In this document: in pieces, positions 10,901-26,245 of the stretch | How positions within the stretch are numbered: the stretch's first letter is position 1 | How the letters are laid out: each line of letters opens with the position of its first letter | Origin: Macrostomum lignano | Taxonomy: Eukaryota | DNA: 45,450 bases | Direction: 5' to 3' | Assembly (NCBI GenBank): GCA_002269645.1 | Contig: NIVC01004451.1 | Location: 1 to 45,450 of the forward strand | Position numbers and translations under genes: made by a program | The notes under the pieces: generated by a model | What the model saw: only the letters and a program-made list of their open reading frames with translations | Databases searched by the model: none | What the model was told of the DNA's origin: nothing

Positions 10901-13302
10901 GACAACGGCGATGACGGCGACGGCGACGAATTTGTCGGGCCGCCGGCCGTCAAGCGAGCAGCGGGTGCCGGCTCGACGCCGCTGGACCTGCGGCTGTGCG
11001 GCGCTCCGCGTCGACGCCGCCGTCGGAAGAAGTCGCCGGTGGTGGCCTCTCGCGCCCCCTCCGCCTCCTCATCCTCCATGGACGCGGCCGCCTCGGCCAG
11101 CGGTGGCGGCGGCGGCGGCGGCGGCGTCTCGGCGAATTCACCGGACCTGTGCGACTTCTGCCAGTCGCCTCCAAGTGCGAATCGCATGGGCGTCCCCGAG
11201 CGGATGCTGCGCTGCCGGGACTGCGCGCACAAGGTGGGGTTGGGATCGGCACTGAATGGGATTTGGGGGATGGGATTCAGTGTGGGATGGGATGTGGGAT
11301 TTAAATTTTGATGGGTGGGAATATAGTCGGGGATGGAGACTGGGACAAGGAGTGAATAGTAATGGGATCTTTAATGCGGATGTTGAAAAGACGAGTTAGG
11401 ATGTCGAATCGCGGGCCGCTTTGTCGAGTTGGGTTGACTTGTGATAGCCGTGGCGATTGGGATCAGAGCCGTGGCCCCAAGTTGAGATCAGCCGTGGGGA
11501 TTGGGATCAGAGCCGTGGGGATTGGGATCAGAGCCGTGGGGATTGGGATCAGAGCCGTGGGGATCGGGATCAGAGCCGTGGGGATTGGGATCAGAGCCGT
11601 GGGGATTGGAATCAGAGCCATGGTGATTGGAATCAGAGCCATGGTGATTGGGATCAGAGCCGTGGGGATTGGGATCAGAGCCGTGGGGATTGGGATCAGA
11701 GCCGTGGGGATTGGGATCAGAGCCGTGGCGATTGGGATCAGAGCCGTTATGAGTGAGATCAGAGCCGTTATGAGTGGGATCAGAGCCATGGTGATTTGGA
11801 TCAGAGCCGTGGGGATTGGGATCAGAGCCGTGGGGATTGGGATCAGAGCCGCTATGAGTGAGATCAGAGCCGCTATGAGTGGGATCAGAGCCGCTATGAG
11901 TGGGATTAGAGCCGCTATGAGTGGGATCAGAGCCATGGCGATTGGGATCAGCCCTGCCACGCAGCACCCGCCCGCCCCAGGCGCACCCCAGCTGCATGCT
12001 GTATGGGCCGGAGCTGGCCGCCAGGGCCTGCCAGTCGCCGTGGCAGTGCTCCGAGTGCAAGACCTGCTGCGTGTGCTCAGGCAGCGGCGACCCCGAGCTC
12101 ATCCTGATCTGCGACGCCTGCGACAAAGGCTACCACGTCAGCTGCCACCGGCCCCGCGTCACCGAGCGACCAGCCAGCGACGCCAAGTGGGTGTGCAGCC
12201 GCTGCCGGGAGGAGGAGCGAGTGGACGGGTCTGTTGGTTCTATGGGATCCTTTATGTTTTTATTTATGGCTTATGGCTTTTGGAATCCCTGATTTATGGC
12301 TTTTGGAATTACAGATTTATGGCTTTTGGAGTCCCTGATTTATGGCTTTCGGGATCCCGGATTTATGGTTTGAGATTCCTGATTTATGGGCTTCGGAATC
12401 CCTGATTTATGGGCTTCGGAATCCCTGATTTATGGGCTTCGGAATCCCTGATTTATGGCTTTTGGGATCCATGATTTATGGCTTTTGGAATCCCTGATTT
12501 ATGGCTTTCGGGATCCCTGATTTATGGTTTATGAGATTCCTGATTTATGGGCTTCGGAATCCCTGATTTATGGCTTTTGGAATCCTTGATTTATGGGCTT
12601 TTGGAATCCCTGATTTATGGCTTTCGGGATCCCTGATTTATGGCTTTCGGGATCCCTGATTTATGGTTTATGAGATTCCTGATTTATGGGCTTCGGAATC
12701 CCAGATTTATGGCTCTTGGGATCCCTGATTTATGGGCTTTTGGGATCCCTGATTTATGGTTTATGAGATTCCTGATTTATGGGCTTCGGAATCCTAGATT
12801 TATGGCTCTTGGGATCCCTGATTTATGGGCTTTTGGGATCCCTGATTTATGGGCTTTCGGGATCCCTGATTTATGGCTCTTGGGATCCCTGATTTATGGC
12901 TCTTGGGGTCCCTGATTTATGGCTCTTGGGGTCCCTGATTTATGGCTTTGGGATCCGTGATTTATGGGTTTTCAACTTCAGGCTACAATGATCCATAATC
13001 CTCACCAATTATGATTCCTCAGCTCCGGTCAGCAGCCACCGCCGCAGGAGTCGCAGGCGCAGCTGGCGGGCGACGCCAGCCTGTGGAGCATCGCGCAGGT
13101 CCGCAGCTGGCTGGACGGCGAAGGCTTCCCGCTGGCTGCGCAGGCCTGCGTTGAGCAGGAGATCGACGGCGCCTCGCTGATGCTGATGAAGCGGATGGAC
13201 GTCCTGACGGGCTTGGGCCTGAAGCTGGGGCCTGCGGTCAAGGTGTTCGACAAGATCAGCCGGCTGCAGGGCCGGTGCCGCACCCTGCTGCAGGTCAAGT
13301 GA
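7952..13302 (+). CDS. SAMD1: SAMD1-like chromatin protein: winged helix (SAMD1/KAT6 WH1), WH2/H15-like segment, double PHD finger, SAM domain; ~513 aa
   Basis: Exons 7952-8107, 9135-9419, 10661-11233, 11981-12228, 13023-13302; all GT-AG and phase-consistent (0,0,0,2). Motifs LRDRKARPDVERI...VMRVEYKGSVSYRN (SAMD1/KAT6 WH); CDFC...CRDC...HPSC...WQCSECKTC..C...CDACDKGYH..C...W.CSRC (DPF); WSIAQVRSWL...EQEIDGASLMLMKRMDVLTGLGLKLGPAVK (SAM). The last few codons could instead splice to an exon at 13546. The symbol denotes family resemblance, not proven orthology. Confidence 0.9.
8370..8860. repeat. 31-bp intronic minisatellite, ~15 copies
   Basis: Unit ggacactcatgggaaactcattttctcagtc. Confidence 0.92.
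9446..9789. repeat. 43-bp intronic minisatellite, 8 near-identical copies
   Basis: Unit ggcttaatccctgcacatccccattgtcatgccggtctctgca. Confidence 0.95.
10055..10570. repeat. CT-rich ~23-bp intronic minisatellite
   Basis: Unit tctccctctccctcttctcccca. Confidence 0.9.
11452..11950. repeat. 21-bp intronic minisatellite, ~24 copies
   Basis: Unit gggattgggatcagagccgtg. Confidence 0.93.
12240..12970. repeat. ~22-bp intronic minisatellite
   Basis: Unit approximately ggatccctgatttatggctttt, with variants. Confidence 0.92.
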
Positions 13303-13337
13303 GTCACCGCGGTTCCTGGTGTCCGGTGACAGTCAGC

Positions 13338-13525
13338 CAGATCCCATTGATCCCCCAATCGCTTAGATCCCATTGATCCCAATCGCTTAGATCCCAATTA
13401 CTTGGATCCCATTGATCCCAATCGCTTAGATCCCATTGATCCCCCAATCACTTGGATCCCATTGATCCCCCAATCTCTTAAATCCCATTGATCCCCTAAT
13501 CTTTTAGATCCCATTGATCCCATTC
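13338..13525. repeat. ~26-bp minisatellite after the SAM exon
   Basis: Unit approximately gatcccattgatcccccaatcgctta. Confidence 0.85.
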
Positions 13526-16076
13526 TCTAAGGCCTTAGTTGTCAGGTCTGTGCATCCCTTAAGTCCAATTCCCATTCAATAATTTGGAGCCTCCTGAAAA
13601 TATAACTTCAGGCAATGCGTCAGTGAAAGCACCTGAAGTGACTCACCTGCCGCATGCTATCCTAACGGCAACTCCTGGCGCTTGAAGCCAGCCCTCGATG
13701 CAACAAGGCAGGCTGCCCGAGTCTCAGTCGAAAGCAACAGAAATTATTCGAGTCATTTTTTGTAATTCTCTCTACTCAATCAATCAGTTAAAATACTTGG
13801 ATGAATGCTCAATGCTTATTTCTCGAGCCCAGGCCGGCCGCACCAATCAGTCGGTTTGAATTTTCTCTTGCAATCAGACATGATAGTTGGATGAAAACTA
13901 TTAATGCCACTCCTGTGTTTGCTTATAGTTTTTATTCATTTTTGCCAATATATTTGCAAATTTCTTTGCACACTACTGTAAGTAGGTTAGTACGCATTCG
14001 GGATCTTTTTGTTTGTAGATTATCTAAAAATATTATCTTCAGTTACTCAGTGTATTTATTTGTATTAATAATTCTTCATACTTACGAAATGTCTGCTGCT
14101 CTGCTCTGCTTTCCCTTCAGCACTCGGTTGCAGAAAAAAATTGATTCCAGCTTTCGCAATTCGTTTGTTGCTGAAAAATAGCTCAGCTTATTATTCCGTA
14201 ATCAAATGGATAGTGCACCATTCCGTGGCTATTTTGAACTTTGTTGGCCTCGTTAAAATACCGTGACTGTTTAAAAATATTAATAAACATCAGCTGACTA
14301 ACTAATGCTTTGATGTACATGTACATTGTCATGTATGCACTAACAATTACCACTACCAGGCGCGTCTCATGTCCTAGTTACAGCAATACTGCAAATGTCA
14401 CTTTGCCCAATGCGCTTTGATGTTAATTATACAGAATGTTAACTTATTTTCAATAAAATGTGCCCATTTTCATCCATAATCAACTGTTTAGTCTTTGTAA
14501 AACATTTCTCTGGCGCTCGTAAAAGAGCTTTTTATCGTAACAATTGATTGACAATTTGAAATTATTTAAATGAATTGACAATTTGGAATCGTTTTCGGCT
14601 ATACAGTAGCATTTTGCTGTCAAGCTGTCAAAAGTGGCTATCAATGCCCAAGTGTTTCAAACGCTGAAAAATTTATTAGGTAAGAATTTACTTTTAATGC
14701 AATGCAGTGCTAAGTAGAAATGTTTTTCTTTAAATAATCTAGAATTGCGTACATATTTAAATTAAAAATTCGTAAAAAAAACATGACCCGACATACAATT
14801 TTTTATGGGCTTGTTTCCTATCAAAGACACTAGTAGTCAGAAAGACAACTTCCGTGTTTTGATTTTTTTAGAAAGATAAGCTAGTTTTTCAGAAAAGTTA
14901 AAGCAGAAGTAAGTTTCTTAAGCTGATTAATTTCCTTTTCCTTTTTGTACATACTTAATTTTTTAATGTAAAGCGCCGGATTCTTTTTATTTTCTTTTTC
15001 CTCGGTTTTTTATTAGTTTAAACAAATCAATAACTATTACACCAATAATTATGCAAAATAAAAAAGCTTTAGCAAGTGCTTATAATCAATAAGTTTTCAT
15101 TTTTACATAATTTTGATCTAAACTAAAGATAAAATTGTTATCAAGAAAACTTTATTTTTTAGTTTCACTTTCTCAGCTGATTATTCTGAGAGCAACTCCT
15201 ACTCAAGGCTCTAAAGTTATAACTTTCATAACTTAAGTAGTCCTTGTGATTATTATACACAAATCAAATTAGAAATATAATGCCTTGATTGCAACTCTGA
15301 CATTGACTGTGTTTATATCGAATAAAACAAAGCTGTTATAGAAAATATAAAGCTGTAATTTTTCTTGAAACATTTTATTATCATATTCAAACGACATAAA
15401 TAGTGATCTCTTTATCTATGATGGTGACAAGAAATGGGATTTTTATTGGATTTTCTGTCAATGTGTATTTTTTGTGCTGCAAGGCCACCAGAATGTTCAA
15501 AGAAGAATTAAAGTAACTTTTTACGCGCGTATAAGTAAAAAATGATAAAATTTAGTTTACCCTGATGACTAATAGGAAAGCCAGCGCCTTCATAGCTAAG
15601 CAAATATTCAGCTATCAAAAATTATGTTTTGCTTTAAGTCTTATTTATTAAAACACATGCACATTTTAGCTTTTACACTTGTAGAATTCAGCTTTTAGAT
15701 TTAGACTCTGATTCCTCAGAGCTATGCAATTTTGAGATGTTTCAGTTGATGTAGCTGCTACAATTTTTCAGTTTATTTTAGGAATAATTTATCTGGTTAG
15801 GATTTCTACTTTATTTAATCATGTAGCTTTTATAAGCAACTAATTTGTTGTTACTAATTGCTACAATTCTATCTATGTGCAATGGATTAACATATTGTTT
15901 AATCAGTTTTGAAAAAAATATTTTGCTTCTTTAAAATGGGCAGCTTGTTCGGAAAAAGCATGAAACATTTTATCCCATATGGGCATTGTGTTTATTGCAG
16001 CTGAATAATTATTTGCCCACCAATTTAAACTCGCGTGCCACGGCCACAACCTACGACTTGCCCGCAGCCCGCGTCA

Positions 16077-17429
16077 ATGCAGGCCGCCTACTTGAAGCCA
16101 GCCGTCCTGCGCCACCACGAGGTGCCGGGCCACTTCAAGGAGGTCTTCATCCTATCGGGCTACCGGCCAGTCAGCTCGGTGGCGCAGTGCGTCCGCAGCA
16201 TCTTCAGCTGGAATAACGAGACCCTCAATGTCTGGAGCCACCTGCTGGGCTCGCTGGCCTTCCTGTCCATGGCCGTCGGCGCCGTCAGCGAGTTCGGCGT
16301 CTCGGACCCGGCCGTCTGGCCGCTGTACCTCTTCCTGCTCGCCTCGGTGCTGTACCCGCTGGCCTCCGCGCTGGCGCACATGTTCAACGTGCTGTCCAGG
16401 GAGGCCCGGGACGTTTGCTTCTTCATTGATTACGCGGCCATCGCCTTCTACGGGCACTGCGCCACCTGCGCCTATTCGGCCTACTCTCTGCCCGGCCACA
16501 TGATGGCGCCCGCGTCTCAGCTGCTGCTTCTGGCCGCCTCCACCGCCACCGCCATCTGGGGAGTCTGGACCTCCTGTCGGACCAGGTTCATGCCCAGGTG
16601 CGCTCCGAATTTGAGAGCTCCGACATCAAATTCAGCTCTTAGATATCAAACTCCCACCTGTAATCACCAACCTCCAATCCGTAAGAATCAAGATCCCATC
16701 AAAAAGAATCAAGATCCCATCAAAAAGAATCAAGATACCATCAAAAAGAATCAAGATCCCATCAAAAAGAGTTGAGATCCCGTCCGTAAGAATCAATATC
16801 CCATCCGTAACAACCGATATCCCATCCCTAAGAACGGAGATCCCATCCGTAAGAATCGAGATCCCATCCCAAAGAACCGAGATCCCATCCGTAAGAACCG
16901 AGATCCCACCTGTACCGAATAGCCAACACTTTACAAGATATAATCCCAAAAATATCCCCCCAGATCCCTGAGCCGGCAGGTGCTCCGCCTGTCGGGTTTC
17001 GTGCTCGCCTGCCTCATCGCCAACCTGCCGGTGCTCGCCCGCCTGGCCGCTGCGGCCGCCAACTCCGACGAGGCGTCGCTGCCGCACTGGCGCCGCCAGC
17101 TGTGGCTGGTGCTGGCGATGGCCTTCCTCTACCTGACGCACCTGCCGGAGCGCCTCTGGCCCGGCGCATTCGACATCGTCGGGCACTCGCACCAGCTGTT
17201 CCACCTGGCCGGCTGCATGGGCACCGCCGACCAGATCGCCGCGCTGCGCTTCGACCTTCGGGATCGTCGGCCGTTGCTGACCTCGCCGCCTCCCTGGCTG
17301 CCCATGCTGGTCAGCGCCGGCCTGGTGGCCGCCTGCGCCTGCGGCATCGTCCTGCGCTACAGCCTGCGGGTGCGGCGGCTGGCGGCCGCAGGCGGCGGCG
17401 GTGGCTGCGGGAAGAAACGCTCCGATTGA
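16077..17429 (+). CDS. PAQR family 7TM protein, membrane progestin receptor (class II)-like; ~328 aa
   Basis: Exons 16077-16597 and 16964-17429 (phase 2 join gives MPR|SLSRQV). Motifs [53 protein letters not shown] possible upstream acceptor at ~16067 leaves the start uncertain. Confidence 0.92.
16685..16905. repeat. 21-bp intronic minisatellite
   Basis: Units aagaatcaagatcccatcaaa / aagaaccgagatcccatccgt. Confidence 0.85.
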
Positions 17430-17509
17430 TGACCCCCGATGTCCTCTCCTAAGCTCTAAGTTGATCCCCAATGTCATTTCCAACTCGACCCCGAACTTCC
17501 ACTCCCGAT

Positions 17510-17790
17510 TTGACCTCCCAATACCTTCCCAAATTTGACCCCCATGTCCTCCAAATTTGACCCCCCCCAATGTCCTCCCAAATTTGACCCCCCAATGTCC
17601 TCCCAAATTTGACCCCCCCCAACGTCCTCCCAAATTTGACCCCCCAACGTCCTCCCAAATTTGCCCCCCAACGTCCTGACAAGTTTGACCCCCAACGTCC
17701 TCCCAAATTTGACCCCCCAATGTCCTTCCAAATTTGAGCCCCCAACGTCCTCCCAAATTTGACCCCCCCAATGTCCTCCCAAATTCGAGC
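17510..17790. repeat. ~25-bp minisatellite downstream of the PAQR stop
   Basis: Unit cccaaatttgaccccccaatgtcct. Confidence 0.88.
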
Positions 17791-18459
17791 CCCCAATTTC
17801 CTCCCAAGCGTAAATTTTAATCTTTAATTCGCTTGAAGCCCAAACTTCCGAGGCCTGAAGCTTGTTGAAACAATTATTCAAGAAAGGGCATTGATAAAAT
17901 ATTCCCAATATGTTCTGCACCGCACTGACATGCTTCGTATCCAATAGTTAATTCATTTTAGAAATTGCTTCTTCGTGCTCATGTATTGAGATTTCCCTAT
18001 GCGTGGGCCGCTAATATCCTATTGGAAAAATTCCCATATCGGCCTTTTAATCCCCTAGCAGTGGGAGACTCGATCTGAGAATTTCATTAACCTGGCAGGG
18101 TGCCTCTGGGCGCTTCACAAACTGACAAGGTTTGTAATAGTTTTTCTATAGACTCAGCAGCTCTGCATTCGATACTAATAAGTACTTGTGATTTTCAATA
18201 TTTCATTTTTAGACTAACAAAAAAATCAATAACTCAGCCGCCTGAGCATTCCATTTTTGCACTTTGCACTTTGTTTAAGTCGATAGCTTTTTTGTTTAAA
18301 CACTTCTTATTGAGTCACTATTTCTTCAAATAATCTCAAGTGTTTCACCGAGTGTTTTATTCACTGTTTTTAACCATTTTTGTCACTCGACTTGTTTATT
18401 GATCGCTGCGCGCCTGCGCTACAGGAGTCCAGGTTATTGCGGCGCTTTTATTGCCATTT

Positions 18460-18520
18460 GCAGTCACGTGATCTGCAGCTGCACAACTCGCACGGAACTC
18501 GCGCGATCACGTGATCCCCG
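18460..18520. promoter_or_regulatory. CpG-rich promoter-like element with two CACGTG E-boxes
   Basis: gtcacgtgat (18464-18472) and the palindrome gatcacgtgatc (18505-18516), followed by a donor-like cag|gtaacc at 18594. Confidence 0.4.
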
Positions 18521-18588
18521 TTCGCGGATTGCAAGTTTTTGTTTAGCTTAGTTAGACACCGAAATTCCACTGTGTTTCAATGCAATAA

Positions 18589-20140
18589 ATGCAGGTAACC
18601 TTTTTTATTGACTTTTTTAGCTTTTCGGCTTGCAGATTCTTATTCAAAATTTTCTGTTGGCCTTCTGCGAATTTTTGCGACTGCATTTTTTTCTGCAAGA
18701 GAGATGAGAGGAGAAATAAGGGAGGGGATATGAGAGAGGAGAGAGGATAAAGATGATAGAGTAGAGATGATAGAAGAGAGATGAAGGAGGAGAGAGGGGA
18801 GATGAGAGATGAGAGATGAGAGAGGATCGAAGAGGGGAGATGGAAGAGGAGAGATTATAAAAGAGATAAGATTCAAGAGACATAAGACATTGAAGATGAG
18901 AGTTCAGACATGAGCCACGAGAAATGGGAAAGAAAAGATGGGAGAGAAGATGAGAGGAGAAGAAAGGAGAGAAGGTGGAGGCCGGCGTCAGCGAGAAGCA
19001 CGGAGCAGCAGAGGAGGCCGCAGGCAGGGCAAGCAGGAGAGAGACAGAGCGGTGCGCGACCCTAACCCCCTTCCCCAACGCCCCTAAAAGCAGTTTTGAA
19101 TTTGCGATTCCCTGCCAGTCAAGTACAGTCCGGCCCAGCATCCCAGACCGCAAAGCTGAAAGGGCCTGAGTTTGAGCAGCACGCCGGCATTCATGCATAC
19201 GCGGAGGTGGATGAAGGGCAGAAGCTGGGCGTGACTGACACCCAATCCTGCCCCCCCCGTGCCTCTGCGCTTCCCTCTTTCAATTCTTTTCTTTCCTTTT
19301 GACTCAGTTTGCTCTCCCGCCCGCTGAGATTCTCCCGGCAGCCGCTAGGCCACACAGTGCTGCGAGTCCTTTAATTAGCGCTCATAGCGCCCCCCGTAAC
19401 CAATGGCAACGGACTGAAATTGGAAGGGGTAGGTGAGCGGCTCGGGCCTTTGACTGCGCCTGACCGCTCCTTTGATGCGCTTTTGAACGATTTTATGCCG
19501 GCTTTGTGCTGTGACAGATACGAGTGTACTTTACTGTGGACACAAATTACTTTACTGTGGACACAAATTTACTGTGGACATATTACTGTACTTTACTGTG
19601 GATACTGTACTTTACTGTGGACACAGGTACTTTACTGTAGACATAACATTACTGTAATTTATTGTGTACACAGGTTACATGTACTTTACTGCTGACACAA
19701 ATTACTTAACTTTGGACACATCACTCTACTGTACTTTACTGTGGACACATAACTCTACTGTACTTTACTGTGGACACATAACTCTACTGTACTAAACTGT
19801 GGACACACAACTTTACTGCACTTTACTATGGACAGTACTCTACTTTTCTGACACCCCAAAACACAGCTTCCAACTCTATTGACACAAACTCAGAAACGTT
19901 GATCCTTCATACAGATCGACTGCTCCGCCTTTCTTCCATACGATCTATAAGGACATGCGGATTTACACAACCAGCCGTCCCCCCGCAGCTCCGAGTCGTG
20001 CTCAAGTACGAGTTTTTTTCAGTTCCGGCCGAGCGCGCCCAGCAACAGGGGAAAGAGTTGAGTTACTGGATGAGGAAATGTTTTTGAGCAACCAAGAGCT
20101 CATGCAGACGCTGGCTCAAGTGGACCGTGATGAAAGCTGA
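18589..20140 (+). CDS. Candidate orphan spliced gene, ~173 aa, no recognised domain
   Basis: Putative exons 18589-18594, 18975-19051, 19119-19206, 19308-19432, 19915-20140 join in frame with GT-AG ends. The acceptor at 18974 is purine-rich and weak, and I recognise no homology. Confidence 0.3.
18700..18975. repeat. GA-rich low-complexity tract
   Basis: Irregular gagatgagag/gaggaga repeats. Confidence 0.8.
19525..19845. repeat. Degenerate minisatellite with core tactttactgtggacaca
   Basis: Core recurs about 12 times with variable spacers. Confidence 0.85.
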
Positions 20141-20374
20141 GGAACTCTGAGGGTCTGGGGAGGCCGAGCACGGCTTAATGGATGCATTCTGTATTGCGCG
20201 TAAATTGCTGGATCATGACAGGAGAAGTGATGCAGGCGTGTGTGCTGTTTTGAAATGCAAAACTCTGACTAAAACAAAACGGTTTTAAAACTCCTTAAGA
20301 CCTCTGCTGACTATTAGATAGTAGTATACGAAATTTCTCCTATAGATGTCATAGAAAACCTGACGGATGAATGA

Positions 20375-21285
20375 TAAAGGACAATTCCAGCCTCCAACTG
20401 ACACTGATGAAAGACAATTTCAGCCTCTTCCTGACATTGATGAAGCGGAATTCGAGCCTCCTCCTGACATTGATGAAGCGGAATTCGAGCCTCCTCCTGA
20501 CATTGATGAAGGGGAATTCCAGCCTCCTCCCGACATTGATGAAGGGGAATTCCAGCCTCCTCCCGACATTGATGAAGGGGAATTCCAGCCTCCTCCCGAC
20601 ATTGATGAAGGGGAATTCCAGCCTCCTGACATTGATGAAAGGGAATTCGAGCCTCCTACTGACACTGATGAAGGGGAATTCCAGTATCCTCTTGACACTG
20701 ATGAGGGACAATTCCAGACACCTGCTGACACTGATGAAGGACAATTCCAGCCTCCTACTGACATTGATGAAGGAGAATCCCAGCCTCCTCCTGACACTGA
20801 TGAAGGAGAATTCCAGCCTCCTCCTGACATTGATTAAGAGGAGTTCCAGCCTCCTGACATTGATTAAGAGGAGTTCCAGCCTCCTGACATTGATGAAGGA
20901 CAATTCCAGCCTCCTCCTGACATTGATGAAGGAGAATTCCAGCCTCCTCCTGACACTGATGAAGGAGAATTCCAGCCTCCTCCCGACATTGATGAAGGGG
21001 AATTCCAGCCTCCTCCTGACATTGATGAAAGGGAATTGCAGCCTCCTGACATTGATGAAGAGGAATTCGAGCCTCCTCCTGACATTGATGAAGAGGAGTT
21101 CCAGCCTCCTGACATTGATGAAAGAGAATTCCAGCCTCCTGACATTGATTAAGAGGAGTTCCAGCCTCCTGACACTGATGAAGGACAATTCCAGCCTCCT
21201 TCTGACATTGATGAAGGACAATTCCAGCCTCCTCCTGACATCGATGAAGGAGAATTCCAGCCTCCTGACATTGATGAAGGAGAAT
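20375..21285. repeat. 30/33-bp minisatellite, ~28 copies
   Basis: Unit gacattgatgaaggggaattccagcctcct(cct). Confidence 0.95.
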
Positions 21286-21727
21286 AAATAAGGCCGTTAG
21301 GAGCTGATAGGCTGGAATCTTTCAGTTTCTAAAAATCTAATAGTCAATATCTCAGCTACTAGAATAAAAAAATGAAAATGAAGCAAGTAGAGCTCAGTGT
21401 TTTGTTCCAACACAATTTCTTAAGCTTTCAAAACCTGCTTCCGGAGACAAATAGGAATGCAAAGTTTCGGGAAAATGTCAGCTGTTCCTGTTTTTTCAGT
21501 TTATTTTTATGAACGGGATTCTCTTCATGTAAGATAGCAAACACAAGAGATCCGTGTAGGAAACGCCCTGACTTTAGCATCGCCAGTCTGCACACTTCGA
21601 GATCTCCCTGGTAAAATTTTTTGTAAATTTGGTGTAAAAAGCTGAAGCTGCCCCAATCTCGCCAATGCATTTTGCAGCGCAGTTCACAGGAGGATCAGCC
21701 GGTTGGCCGCCGCGTCCCTCTTGCACT

Positions 21728-24838
<3,111 letters not shown>

Positions 24839-24874
24839 GCTCTCTTTTGGTAGAAATACCTCAGGTGTGTTTAA

Positions 24875-24972
24875 GATGAGCTTCAGATGAGCTTCAGGTG
24901 AGCTTCAGGTGAGGTTGCAGATGAGCTACAGGTGAGCTGCAGATGAGCTTTAGATGAGCTTCAGGTGAGCTT
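24875..24972. repeat. 11-bp tandem repeat, ~9 copies
   Basis: Unit gagcttcaggt / gagcttcagat. Confidence 0.8.
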
Positions 24973-25421
24973 ATGGTGAAGAGCTCTGGTGAGCCTCAGT
25001 TTACCTGTCGATCGAGTCTGCGGGAACACAGAAGCGGAGAAATTTATTCCAGAAGGATTTCTGGTTGCCTTGACAACCAGAAGGGGTTCTTGAATGAACG
25101 GAGAGAACTAATCAATGCAAATTCTGTTTTGCGCCCCGAACTTTACAGCTCAGTTAATGGCTGTTGGAGTTTATTCTCTAAACAGTGACTTGATTTGTAA
25201 GCTTGCAAGCTTCTCTGCTTTTCTGCTTTAGTTCTGCTTCTGGTTTTGATTGAAAGACGTGAAGGAATCGTGGGGAGCGACTTTGCGCGGCCAACGGAAA
25301 AACAATGGCTCTTCGGAAATGGAAAGAAAGTAATACATGTATAGTTTTCTACAGAGACTCGTTTAAAGTTCAACTAGTTTGAGTAGTCTCTCAGTTTTCT
25401 ATTGGAATTGGCTGCAAATTA

Positions 25422-26245
25422 CTGTGGCTGTGTCTGTGTCTGTGTCTGTGTCTGTCACTGTGGCTGTGTCTGTGGCTGTCTTTGGCGTGGTCTGTGTCTG
25501 TGTCTGTCACTGTGTCTGTGTCTGTGTCTGTGTCTGTCACTGTGTCTGTGAGTGTGTCTGTCACTGCGTCGGTGGCTTTGTCTGTGGCAGTGTCGGTGGC
25601 TTTGTCTGTGGCAGTGTCGGTGGCTTTGTCTGTGGCAGTGTCGGTGGCTTTGTCTGTGGCTGTGTCTGTGGCTTTGTCTGTGGCAGTGTCGGCGGCTTTG
25701 TCTGTGGCAGTGTCGGTGGCTTTGTCTGTGGCAGTGTCGGTGGCTTTGTCTGTGGCAGTGTCGGTGGCTTTGTCTGTGGCTGTGTCTGTGGCTTTGTCTG
25801 TGGCAGTGTCGGTGGCTTTGTCTGTGGCAGTGTCGGTGGCTTTGTCTGTGGCTGTGTCTGTGGCTTTGTCTGTGGCAGTGTCTGTGGCTTTGTCTGTGGC
25901 TGTGTCTGTGGCTTTGTCTGTGGCTGTGTCGGTGGCTTTGTCTGTGGCTGTGTCTGTGGCTTTGTCTGTGGCAGTGTCGGTGGCTTTGTCTGTGGCAGTG
26001 TCGGTGGCTTTGTCTGTGGCAGTGTCGGTGGCTTTGTCTGTGGCAGTGTCGGTGGCTTTGTCTGTGGCAGTGTCGGTGTCTGTGGCTGTGTCGGTGGCTT
26101 TGTCTGTGGCTGTGTCGGTGGCTTTGTCTGTGGCTGTGTCGGTGGCTTTGTCTGTGGCTGTGTCGGTGGCTTTGTCTGTGGCTGTGTCGGTGGCTTTGTC
26201 TGTGGCTGTGTCTGTGGCTGTCTTTGGCTTGGTCTGTGACTGTGT
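25422..26245. repeat. (TGTGTC)n grading into a 24-bp higher-order repeat
   Basis: Unit gtcggtggctttgtctgtggcagt. Confidence 0.93.

Noticed and set aside
7952-13302. Calling gene 1 a KAT6 acetyltransferase
   Set aside because: No MYST domain follows the double PHD; the next exon encodes a SAM domain.
18600-19200. Minus-strand gene ending EKNAVAKIRRRPTENFE* with AATAAA
   Set aside because: An acceptor and poly(A) signal are present, but no upstream donor or exon could be joined; the plus-strand model fits better.
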